From: a virus
Lineage: Duplodnaviria; Caudoviricetes
Reading direction: 5' to 3' (one strand)
Length of the DNA: 44,867 nucleotides
Virus record (IMG/VR): IMGVR_UViG_3300024191_000609
Coordinates: 1-44,867 of that record
A program made the position numbers and the translations under genes. Positions 1 through 8,289 of this stretch are shown in pieces; position 1 is the first letter of the stretch; every line of letters starts with the position of its first letter. Below the pieces are notes generated by a model. It had not been told where the DNA came from and did no database searches. It saw only the letters and a list, made by a program, of their open reading frames with translations.

Positions 1-32
1 TATTCCGTTTATGGAAGATTAAAACTAAGCGT

Positions 33-659
33 ATGAAAAACTTATATGAAATCTTAGGTGTAGCAAAAGATGCTCTCCAAGATGTAATTAAAAAAGCTCA
101 TAGACAAGGTGTCAAAGAGCATCATCCTGATAAAGGAGGGAATCAAGATAAATTCAGAGAAATCCAACATGCTTACAATGTTCTTAGTAATGAACAAAGA
201 CGTAAAAAGTATGATGAAACAGGTGATGATACTGAAACATTAGATGAGTTCACATCAAGATTTGTTAGCTTTATTGAATCAGAAATAGTAGGTGCTATAG
301 AACAAGCGAAGTCAATAGAGTTCGATGTTATGGCTAAAGCTAAGAAGCAACTATCAGCTGAAATAGTTAACATAACTGAAGGTCAACAAGCATACGAAAA
401 AGGTATTGAAAGATTGGAAAAAGCTCGTCTTAAAGTAACTATGAAAACAGAAGGTAAAAATAACTTCATAGTATCTATCATGGATGAGAAGATTAAAATG
501 TATCGATCAAAGCAATCCTCTTTAGAAGAAAGTGCAAACTTCTGCAATAAAGCTATGGAAGAATTAGAAGATTATATTTACTCATTCGTTGAAGAACCTC
601 AAGATACAGCAACAAAATTTGAAAGCTGGCTTAGTGTAAAAATGAACGAAGATGAATAA
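33..659 (+). CDS. J-domain (DnaJ-like) protein
   Basis: N-terminal NLYEILGV...HHPDKGG...FREIQHAYNVLS...RKKYD is a J-domain with the HPD motif; helical C-terminus. Confidence 0.9.
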   Translation: MKNLYEILGVAKDALQDVIKKAHRQGVKEHHPDKGGNQDKFREIQHAYNVLSNEQRRKKYDETGDDTETLDEFTSRFVSFIESEIVGAIEQAKSIEFDVMAKAKKQLSAEIVNITEGQQAYEKGIERLEKARLKVTMKTEGKNNFIVSIMDEKIKMYRSKQSSLEESANFCNKAMEELEDYIYSFVEEPQDTATKFESWLSVKMNEDE

Positions 660-756
660 ATTCAAAAAGCACAAGTACATAATTGATGGTCAAACATTCT
701 ATGCTTATAACTATCAATCAGCATTAGATGCTTACCGTAATAAAAACAATTGGTAA
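652..756 (+). CDS. small hypothetical protein (34 aa)
   Basis: Not in ORF track; MNKFKKHKYIIDGQTF...NNW* fills the gap and its TAA overlaps the next ATG (TAATG). Confidence 0.5.
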   Translation: MNKFKKHKYIIDGQTFYAYNYQSALDAYRNKNNW

Positions 757-1127
757 TGGATTACAGTAAACTTTATTACAACGTAACAGGGCAAAAAGAA
801 TTAGCTACTCTTGACATTAGAGAAGGTATCAACAACCCTATGTGTTTTGTAAATCGTAATGGCTCCGAGTGGTCGTTACTATCATCATACATCAGTCTGT
901 ATCTTATACATCGATATGCTCCTTTCATGCACTTCGTTATACAAGCTCCGGAAACAACTTACGCTGACATGTACAAAGAAGATCCACAATCTTTAGTTGA
1001 ATACATTTACAGCCTTGGGTTACACGATACTTTAGTTAAAGATGTCGAAGCCCTATATAAAATGACAGATGACTTGGAGATTCAAGTCAAAGAATTAAAC
1101 GATTACCAAAGTGGTAACGTAGAGTAA
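756..1127 (+). CDS. hypothetical protein
   Basis: ORF; ATG 756 coupled to the upstream stop preferred over TTG 750. Confidence 0.7.
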   Translation: MDYSKLYYNVTGQKELATLDIREGINNPMCFVNRNGSEWSLLSSYISLYLIHRYAPFMHFVIQAPETTYADMYKEDPQSLVEYIYSLGLHDTLVKDVEALYKMTDDLEIQVKELNDYQSGNVE

Positions 1128-1147
1128 ACAATTAAATATTTTCACCC

Positions 1148-1342
1148 ATGAAAAACAGATTTAAGAAAAAAAGAACTACAAGTGTAGTCGAAGTAGAAAA
1201 ACATGTAGCCTCATTAGAGTCACACATTAACATTGAAGTATCCAGACAAGGTTACTTTAGAATAACTCCTAAGTTTTACCACAAGAGTGGTACTGAGTTA
1301 AGATTAGAAGAGAGTCAAAGAACAAAATTAATTACTATATAG
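1148..1342 (+). CDS. hypothetical protein
   Basis: 64-aa ORF in co-directional array. Confidence 0.6.
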   Translation: MKNRFKKKRTTSVVEVEKHVASLESHINIEVSRQGYFRITPKFYHKSGTELRLEESQRTKLITI

Positions 1343-1344
1343 TT

Positions 1345-1980
1345 ATGGCAACAAAAACAGATAAAGTCTACAAGAGTAGAGTCATGTACGTATTACAGTC
1401 AATACAAAAATTGGCTGATGGTAAAACGAAAGTTTCCTTATACGGTCCATCAAAAGAAATGAAGTTATCTAACTCACTAACTCATATCATTTCAACACTA
1501 TGTTGTGAAAAAGTTGCACCAAAAACATACCTTTGGGTAGCACGCGATCCTGATAATGAAATGGTTGACGATGTGATATATGCAATGAGAGAGTACAACC
1601 TAGAAATTAAAAAGAAAGCTCATGAAAAAAACATGAAACTTCTTAAAGAGGTTGACAAACCAAATCTTGAAGTTGAAGATGATGTTGAAGAAGCAGAGCA
1701 AGTTGAAACTGTATATAAATCAGAACAATTGTCGTTAGATATAGAACAAAAAAGAAGTCCGGAACCTTTAAAAGTAAGTAAGGAAGTTTGTGAAAAAGCA
1801 ATGCATTCAGTTACTAAAAAAGATTTAGATGAAGCAGTCGATTTAATTAAAAAGAATGAAGACGAGGTTGCAACTCATCAAACAAACCCTTCTCTTAAAG
1901 AAGATCCTTTACCAATGTACAGTGAAGTATCAATCCTTTGGGGGCTAATAAAAATTAAGCGTTATGGCAAAGAAAAATAA
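1345..1980 (+). CDS. hypothetical protein
   Basis: 211-aa ORF, tightly packed. Confidence 0.75.
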   Translation: MATKTDKVYKSRVMYVLQSIQKLADGKTKVSLYGPSKEMKLSNSLTHIISTLCCEKVAPKTYLWVARDPDNEMVDDVIYAMREYNLEIKKKAHEKNMKLLKEVDKPNLEVEDDVEEAEQVETVYKSEQLSLDIEQKRSPEPLKVSKEVCEKAMHSVTKKDLDEAVDLIKKNEDEVATHQTNPSLKEDPLPMYSEVSILWGLIKIKRYGKEK

Positions 1981-2239
1981 ATGGACATACTACCAGGCAG
2001 CAACAATAACGCTGCCTGATGGTACTCAAGAATCATATAGCTCACAAGTTTATATGATTGGTATCTACATAATTTGGAACAACGATCCATCTAGTCAAGG
2101 TAATATGAAACCTGCAGCTATGGAAAAGATGTGTAAGAAAATACAAAAAGATGTAGACTCTGGTAAAATTAGTAAAGTTGATTGGGGTACTGAAGTTACA
2201 GTCAAAGACTTAAACGGATTATACGCTCAAGAACTATGA
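1964..2239 (+). CDS. hypothetical protein
   Basis: 91-aa ORF overlapping neighbours. Confidence 0.7.
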   Translation: MAKKNKWTYYQAATITLPDGTQESYSSQVYMIGIYIIWNNDPSSQGNMKPAAMEKMCKKIQKDVDSGKISKVDWGTEVTVKDLNGLYAQEL

Positions 2240-4065
2240 CAAATGAAGAATTATTAGAAGAAGCAAGAAGAAGATACCCTAAAGGTACAGAGTATTATTG
2301 TGCTCATTTAGCTGATAAACACAAGTGTAAGGTAAGTAATCCAGATAATTTTTATGAGGGTTCCCATGCTATATATGAAAGCGACGGTAACATAGAAAAA
2401 AATGGACATGCTTTTGTCGAATGTATCTATGATAAAGGTAAATGGGCTGAGATAGTATCTACACCTACTGTTGAATCAAAAGATCCAAATGTATTTCCTG
2501 CTGGAAGTTATGTAGTGTTGTTAGCAGGGTGTACTGGTGAGGATACTTGGGGAAAAGATGGAATACCTGTAAATCACTGTTACAAATTAACTACAGACTC
2601 TAACTCTAATTCTTTTTATCCTGATACAGATGCTAATGAAAGCACCACAAACGGATGGTCATCTGTTAATTACAACAGCAAACTTAAGCTAAGAGCTGCA
2701 ACACAAGAAGAAATAGCTGAGTATAAGAGATTGAGTAGACCTTTTGATGTTACTCTATTAAAAAAGAAATCTTTTCAAATAGGTAGGTGGTATAAGAATA
2801 AGAATGTTCCAAAGTTGTTTATAAAACCAAACAGCATAGATGGAAAATACATTACATCAAACGTAATATGGAGTACTGGTAGGTATCAAGAGGAATACAC
2901 TGCTGACGATATAGTCACAGATTGGAATTTACTTAATGACTTATCTATCATACAAGAGTTCTTACCTGATGGACATCCTGATAAAGTGGTTGTAGAAAAA
3001 ACACCATTAGAAATCTGTAAAGAGAAGTATAAGGCAGGTATGGAGATTATGTCTGTTGTGGGAAGTAGAGCACTGCTTACAAAAAAAGATGTGTCTGAAA
3101 TATACGTTAATAGTATAGGTTATGTTTACACAAGTGGTGGTAGTTATCAGCTATACAACAAAGATGTAGACAAATACGCTAAAATCCTTAAAGAAACTGA
3201 ACAAAAGTCTTTAGTGGGTAGGTATCTTAAAGCTTTAGTTGATAATCCTAGTTGTGCAGGTTGCTATAAAAAAGGTGATTACATCAAGATTAAAATAGAT
3301 AATGGTTCTGGAAGTGTAATATGTACAAAGAGTCTGCACTTTGGTAACAGCTCTTATGATTGGAAAAAATCTGAAGTAGAACTCATGCGTGAAGGGTTTC
3401 ATCCTGATGATGTAGAACCTCCTGTTCCTGCTGAACCTTTAGAAGAAAAGTACGCTAAAGAATTAGCAGAAGTGGAAAGGTTATTCCCTGAAGGTACAGA
3501 AGGTACTTACAAATGCTCTTATGACGGTAGAACAGAAACGTGCAAGAGAAATGGTCCTTTGGCATTAAATGAGCATGAAGGAATCATTAGAATAGTTTCA
3601 CGAAGTAGAGGGTTGCTATGGTCAACTGAGCATGGTTACTCAACACCTAATATTACTACTACTCCTAAGTTAAAGGTAGGTCAATGGGTAAAGATTATTG
3701 ATAAACCTAAAGTAGGTAGACCTGATCATTGGTGTCCTGATGGTGAAATGGATAAGTACTTTGGACAATGGGTTCAAATAGAATCATTAGGTGGACCTCT
3801 TGAAGGTTATAATTTTAGTGTTAAAGACACAGAAGATGATTGGTATTTTAAACACAGTGATTACACTGAAGTACGTGATGACATCATCAACCTTGACGCT
3901 GTTATAAAATCTGATAATACTATGCCTCTCTACAGTATGACTGACTTCAAAGAAACTGTAGAAAGAAGTAAGTACCCTACACTTAAACGTAAGCGTAAAC
4001 AAAAATTAGTTAATACTATAGTTAATATTCCTACTGTAGTTGAAAGAATAAAAAGGAATAAGTAA
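2236..4065 (+). CDS. mosaic protein with repeated small modules
   Basis: 609 aa; recurring module starts LLEEARRRYPKGT, PLEICKEKYKAGM, LAEVERLFPEGT. Confidence 0.8.
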   Translation: MTNEELLEEARRRYPKGTEYYCAHLADKHKCKVSNPDNFYEGSHAIYESDGNIEKNGHAFVECIYDKGKWAEIVSTPTVESKDPNVFPAGSYVVLLAGCTGEDTWGKDGIPVNHCYKLTTDSNSNSFYPDTDANESTTNGWSSVNYNSKLKLRAATQEEIAEYKRLSRPFDVTLLKKKSFQIGRWYKNKNVPKLFIKPNSIDGKYITSNVIWSTGRYQEEYTADDIVTDWNLLNDLSIIQEFLPDGHPDKVVVEKTPLEICKEKYKAGMEIMSVVGSRALLTKKDVSEIYVNSIGYVYTSGGSYQLYNKDVDKYAKILKETEQKSLVGRYLKALVDNPSCAGCYKKGDYIKIKIDNGSGSVICTKSLHFGNSSYDWKKSEVELMREGFHPDDVEPPVPAEPLEEKYAKELAEVERLFPEGTEGTYKCSYDGRTETCKRNGPLALNEHEGIIRIVSRSRGLLWSTEHGYSTPNITTTPKLKVGQWVKIIDKPKVGRPDHWCPDGEMDKYFGQWVQIESLGGPLEGYNFSVKDTEDDWYFKHSDYTEVRDDIINLDAVIKSDNTMPLYSMTDFKETVERSKYPTLKRKRKQKLVNTIVNIPTVVERIKRNK

Positions 4066-4093
4066 TTTAGTAATTTTAAAACCCAAAATAAAG

Positions 4094-4468
4094 ATGAGTA
4101 AAGTAAGATCATTCGTAGACGAGTTCACAGCAAGAGTAACAGGTGACTCAAGTAAAGTACAAGCAATTAAGACGTTGCGTAATGCTGACTCAGCATTGAA
4201 AGTACAAATCGCTAACATGAAAGGTGATGTAATATCATTAGAGGATGCAGTAGAAAATGCTAGCATTGCATTGGAAGATGCTAAGTACAACCATGGTAAA
4301 CAAATTACTGACCGTACACGTTATGTACAAGCGTTAATCGTAGCTAAAGATACGCTAACTCAAGCGCAAGAAGATCTTAAAGACCATAACTTGACGTTAG
4401 GTTTCTTAGAGGAAACGTTAGCTCAAATTAATGTTGATGATGCTTCAGAAGCTATTAGCAAAATGTAA
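4094..4468 (+). CDS. coiled-coil hypothetical protein
   Basis: 124 aa helical ORF followed by terminator. Confidence 0.8.
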   Translation: MSKVRSFVDEFTARVTGDSSKVQAIKTLRNADSALKVQIANMKGDVISLEDAVENASIALEDAKYNHGKQITDRTRYVQALIVAKDTLTQAQEDLKDHNLTLGFLEETLAQINVDDASEAISKM

Positions 4469-4474
4469 TTAGAT

Positions 4475-4507
4475 AGGGCTTAGCGTAATGCTGAGCCCTT
4501 TATTTTT
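4475..4507 (+). terminator. intrinsic terminator
   Basis: AGGGCTTAGC-GTAAT-GCTGAGCCCT stem then TTATTTTT. Confidence 0.85.
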
Positions 4508-4556
4508 AATCGATAGTGGCTTAGGTTAGTTACTATCATCAATACACATTAAACCC

Positions 4557-5063
4557 ATGGCAAGAATCACAAAATATTTTGCAGAAACAATTTCTAAGAA
4601 ATTAGCAAAACCTGCAATAGACAAAGCAACTAATCTTAAGAAAGACTATCATAACATAATAAAAGAGGAGTACATGAAAACTATTCCGGAACCAGTTTTA
4701 TTAATGTTTGAAGAGTATCCTAAATACATTGTTAGAAGTTCAAGTATTAAGTTAGGTTGGACTTATAGTTATGACACAGTATGGTTAGATAAAAGCGTTC
4801 CTCAAACTGAAGCTGGTGCTTACTTCACACCTAAAGGAAATGCTATAGATAAGATAACTAAAGCAAAACACGCTAAAGAAAAAGCACAAGAAGAAGCTGA
4901 TGAGTTAGAAGCAAAAATCTATACAACACTTATCAACTTAGGAACATTCAAAGAAGTTGAAAAGCATTTTCCTGAAGCATTTGCATATTTGCCAAAGAAA
5001 GATCAGTGTACTGCTATCTCAATTAATGTAGAAGCATTAAGAAATGAATTAAAAAATCTTTAA
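4557..5063 (+). CDS. Nmad5-like phage protein
   Basis: C-terminal GTFKEVEKHFPEAFAYLP resembles the Nmad5 family motif (recalled, not searched). Confidence 0.5.
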   Translation: MARITKYFAETISKKLAKPAIDKATNLKKDYHNIIKEEYMKTIPEPVLLMFEEYPKYIVRSSSIKLGWTYSYDTVWLDKSVPQTEAGAYFTPKGNAIDKITKAKHAKEKAQEEADELEAKIYTTLINLGTFKEVEKHFPEAFAYLPKKDQCTAISINVEALRNELKNL

Positions 5064-5075
5064 AACCAACGTAAA

Positions 5076-5414
5076 ATGAACAAGTTAGAAAGAAAGTTAT
5101 CAGCAGATAACAGTGCTGTAATCTCAGCAAGAGCAAAGAATGCAATGGATGATTGTGCAGCCGAAATGGATACACTTATTGCAAAGTTAGAAAAAAACAA
5201 GCGTAATGCTGTTAAAGAGTTGACCAACCTTACAGACATTGGTCCAGACAACACAACTTCGTTAAGAGTGGTAGATGAAAGCTTCAATGCAGAGCGTTGG
5301 ATTCAACAAATCCATGAGTTAAAAATGGAAATCAGATTAGCTGACATTGAAATCAAAGTTGCACTGGAAACTAAAGAAGAATGGTTCTCCGATAAAGCTG
5401 AAGACAATGATTAA
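5076..5414 (+). CDS. coiled-coil hypothetical protein
   Basis: 112-aa helical ORF. Confidence 0.75.
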   Translation: MNKLERKLSADNSAVISARAKNAMDDCAAEMDTLIAKLEKNKRNAVKELTNLTDIGPDNTTSLRVVDESFNAERWIQQIHELKMEIRLADIEIKVALETKEEWFSDKAEDND

Positions 5415-5895
5415 TGTCTACATCTCTAAGTCAAACAATGCAAACTTAGATGATATTACAGCTGTAAGAAACCAGTTAGACCGGCATTCAGGATTAAGAA
5501 TCCTTGAACACACAGGTGGTAAGTACGATGAGTCGCTTATAAAAAAAGCAAACTTAATTATTATGATACCTGCTAAACCTAATATAAAAACTGCAATAGT
5601 AGGTAAAGGTTTATACAGCCAAGCCACTGCAACAAATGCTATGAAGATGATTTATTGCGGAGGAAGAGGTTACTTTACGTTAGAAAGCATACATATTACA
5701 GATGAAACAAACTGGAACAAGTATGCTAAATTAATTTTTGGAAATGTAAAATTCAGGTTAGACGAAGTTCTTAAAGTTACTAATGCAGATAAGCTTATGA
5801 GTATGGAAAAAGGAGGTGTTAAACCTTCCCCTACTGTAGAAAAAAGAGAAGCTGAAGCTGTTCCAAAGAAACGTGATTATAGGCAATTATTGTAA
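5407..5895 (+). CDS. hypothetical protein, possible nucleoside deoxyribosyltransferase/TIR-like fold
   Basis: ATG 5407 preferred; VYISKS...IKKANLIIMIP...VGKGLYSQ pattern. Confidence 0.45.
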   Translation: MINVYISKSNNANLDDITAVRNQLDRHSGLRILEHTGGKYDESLIKKANLIIMIPAKPNIKTAIVGKGLYSQATATNAMKMIYCGGRGYFTLESIHITDETNWNKYAKLIFGNVKFRLDEVLKVTNADKLMSMEKGGVKPSPTVEKREAEAVPKKRDYRQLL

Positions 5896-5905
5896 AGATT
5901 ACATT

Positions 5906-6115
5906 ATGTTTAAAAAAGGAATAAAATGGCTCATCGTTATTGCATTATACTCAACAATGATGAGCCTGTTCGGTGAGTATATAGTTAGTAGGGAAACTCC
6001 TTACTTCTTACAGTTGTTGTCAACAATAGTAGTTATTATTGCAACAGCATGGGTCACAAAAAGGGCCACAGAATCAATTGTTAAATTATTTAAAAAAAAA
6101 GAAGAAAATGATTAG
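5906..6115 (+). CDS. small two-TM membrane protein
   Basis: Two hydrophobic segments and a basic tail; ATG 5906. Confidence 0.7.
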   Translation: MFKKGIKWLIVIALYSTMMSLFGEYIVSRETPYFLQLLSTIVVIIATAWVTKRATESIVKLFKKKEEND

Positions 6116-7052
6116 CTTATTAATTTTTATTACGTCTTTAGTTATTGCTGGAGTAATGTTCGCAAAAAGCGAAAAGTATCAAGAAAGTACAGACCAATAT
6201 GGTAGAAAAAACAAAGTAATTAAACCCAGTGTTATAATTACATTAGTAGCTACCATTATTGGAGGATGCATCTTATCCATAGCTCAACCCTATGCAATAG
6301 AAAGAATTGATTCAGGATACAAAGGAATCAAAGTAAACCTTACTGGTTCAGATAGAGGTGTTGCCGATTACAAGTATGAAACAGGATGGGTTATGTACAA
6401 CACTTGGACAGAACAAATCTTAGAGTTTCCAACTTATCAACAACATATTGAGTATGATGTACAACAAGTGATTGCTAAAGGTGGTTTTCCAGTGGAGATT
6501 AAACCTACCTTCAACTACTCGTTAAAGCCAGAAGCTATAGGAGATATGTTTACAAACCTAAGATTAGGTGTTAAAGCTATTGAGCAAGGATGGTTAAAGA
6601 CTGCAATTGCTTCTTCAGTTAACGATATAGCAAACAGTTGGGAGATCGATTCAATATTCAATCACAGACAAGCATTCGAAGCTAATATAATTGCTGAATG
6701 TAACTTAAGAGTATCTAAATGGTTTACTGTTGGTCAATTAAGAACTAACATAACCCCTCCGGAGTCATTAAAAGAGTCTATTGAACTTAAAACTAAATCT
6801 ATACAGGAAGCACAAGCAGAAGATCAAAAAGCATTAACAGCAGAGTCTACAGCACGTAGAAAAATTGCAGATGCTAAAGGTGATTCAGCAGAAGTTGTTA
6901 TTCAAGCGTCAGCACAAGCTCAAGCTATGAAGATTAAACAAATGCAACTAACTCCTTTATACATCGAGTACCTAAAAGTTCAAAAATGGAATGGTAATAA
7001 TTCTAAAACAGTGTTAGGTTCGAACTCATCAACAATGATAAACGTTAAATAA
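6108..7052 (+). CDS. SPFH/band 7 (prohibitin-like) membrane protein
   Basis: Two N-terminal TM helices, RIDSGYKGIKVNL, PPESLKESIELK, Ala-rich coiled coil, IEYLKVQKWNG end. Confidence 0.85.
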   Translation: MISLLIFITSLVIAGVMFAKSEKYQESTDQYGRKNKVIKPSVIITLVATIIGGCILSIAQPYAIERIDSGYKGIKVNLTGSDRGVADYKYETGWVMYNTWTEQILEFPTYQQHIEYDVQQVIAKGGFPVEIKPTFNYSLKPEAIGDMFTNLRLGVKAIEQGWLKTAIASSVNDIANSWEIDSIFNHRQAFEANIIAECNLRVSKWFTVGQLRTNITPPESLKESIELKTKSIQEAQAEDQKALTAESTARRKIADAKGDSAEVVIQASAQAQAMKIKQMQLTPLYIEYLKVQKWNGNNSKTVLGSNSSTMINVK

Positions 7053-7306
7053 TGAGGTCGTTACTATCATCACTGCTATTAGTGTTCCTACTAGCATCAT
7101 GCTGTGAAACAACAGATGAACCGTTAAAATCATTTAGATTTAAGCCAGGAGATATGCCAAAGCATAAACTACATGGTCAAAAAGTTCTAGTCTTAGATAC
7201 AATAAGAGTTAGTAGTTGCAACTGTGAAGAAAACGGAAAGCTAACATACAAAGTTAAAGGCAAAGACCTTAATATACACACCATTAGTGAATTAGAGTTG
7301 TATTAA
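7052..7306 (+). CDS. putative lipoprotein
   Basis: Signal peptide with lipobox LLASC. Confidence 0.65.
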   Translation: MRSLLSSLLLVFLLASCCETTDEPLKSFRFKPGDMPKHKLHGQKVLVLDTIRVSSCNCEENGKLTYKVKGKDLNIHTISELELY

Positions 7307-7380
7307 TGGAAGAAGGACTAACAGTGTTAGCATTAATAGCAACTGTGTTACTATTAAAGTTAACTGAAATGGAACAATAA
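7306..7380 (+). CDS. 24-aa hydrophobic peptide
   Basis: MEEGLTVLALIATVLLLKLTEMEQ*, TAATG-coupled to upstream gene; not in ORF track. Confidence 0.5.
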   Translation: MEEGLTVLALIATVLLLKLTEMEQ

Positions 7381-7690
7381 AACATTTCCCTGCTAACGAA
7401 TAAACAAACGGTAATATTGAAATGAGAATGCTGTGAGCAAAACCCTTATCCTCACATAAATAAACTGTAACCTACCAGAAATGGTAAAGATTGTAATTAT
7501 CCGTAAAGCCATAGGTATCAGGCTTTGAAATAGACGGCACTGGACGGAGCAGGACTAAGGAACAGACTCAAGGTATAAGCAACGTTGTAGAAATACAGAT
7601 ACACCATAGAGAAATGCAAATACCTGTAATTACAATTAGGAATAGATGTAACTGTATGAGAAATGTTACTTAGTGAATCGTGAAATGTTT
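7380..7690 (+). ncRNA. candidate structured ncRNA, domain 1
   Basis: Nested stems 7380-88/7682-90, 7411-18/7662-69, 7490-99/7627-36, 7571-76/7620-25; GAAA-capped hairpins 7473-86 and 7586-97; no ORF. Confidence 0.7.
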
Positions 7691-7713
7691 AAAGGGAAAA
7701 GAAACGATTGAAA

Positions 7714-8105
7714 TGTGTACCGCCCATCATCAATGAACAGCGGGAGATACACAGACACTATTGGGAGCTCTCAGCAAGACCTAAACAGGTAAAGCTGTAG
7801 GTGCTAATGTGTTGTTCCCTTGAGAAAGGAATATAATCTAAAAAGTAACTAACAAAATGAGAAGGTAGTTACCAACACAGAGGACTTCTCAACCTCAAAC
7901 TATAAGATAAGAGTGAAAGTACATGTATTACGTTATGTTTAAGTGTATGAGTAACTTTTTGAAGAAATCAGTATCAAGAGGCAACATTAGGGGTGTCTGT
8001 ATCTATTGTGCTGACAAAACAGATTGACCAAAAGGCATGGGTTATAGGATGTAAAAGAAAGATGGTGAGCAAGGTCTTTACAATCTGAACAGGTTGCTTC
8101 CTGTT
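7714..8105 (+). ncRNA. candidate structured ncRNA, domains 2-3 with loop-loop complementarity
   Basis: Stems 7751-58/7993-8000, 7845-51/7866-72, 7815-18/7828-31, 7880-83/7893-96, 8020-26/8081-87; loops TTGAGAA and TTCTCAA are complementary; ends in hairpin 8088-8105 plus T run. Confidence 0.6.
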
Positions 8106-8110
8106 TTTAT

Positions 8111-8269
8111 GATGAGGTGGCGGAATTGGTTAGACGCTATCATTTTTGTGGAAAATAAATGAAGGTATAAGGCGTGGGTAGCACCCAAAAGCAATACAAT
8201 GAGGGGAACTCATGAAGCAAAATATGATAATCCAGACGTGGAATGTAGGTTCAAATCCTGCTCTCATCA
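8111..8269 (+). tRNA. tRNA-Leu-like RNA with greatly enlarged anticodon arm (anticodon not assignable)
   Basis: Acceptor GATGAGG/TCTCATC+A, D arm GCG-GAATTGGTTAGA-CGC, variable arm TCCA-GACG-TGGA, T arm GTAGG-TTCAAAT-CCTGC; no encoded CCA. Confidence 0.75.
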
Positions 8270-8289
8270 CTAATTTAAAAACAAATACC

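Noticed and set aside
7380-8105. Group I/II intron or CRISPR array
   Set aside because: No P7 GACTA/TAGTC-type core, no domain V, no interrupted gene, no regularly spaced repeats
8111-8269. Canonical tmRNA or intron-containing tRNA
   Set aside because: No G3-U70 Ala identity, full D stem present, far too short for tmRNA; insert lacks group I/II core and no clear anticodon loop is restored
8212-8289. N-terminal extension of the ThyX ORF given by the track
   Set aside because: Overlaps the variable arm, T arm and acceptor stem of the tRNA-like RNA; ATG 8290 has a typical A-rich leader
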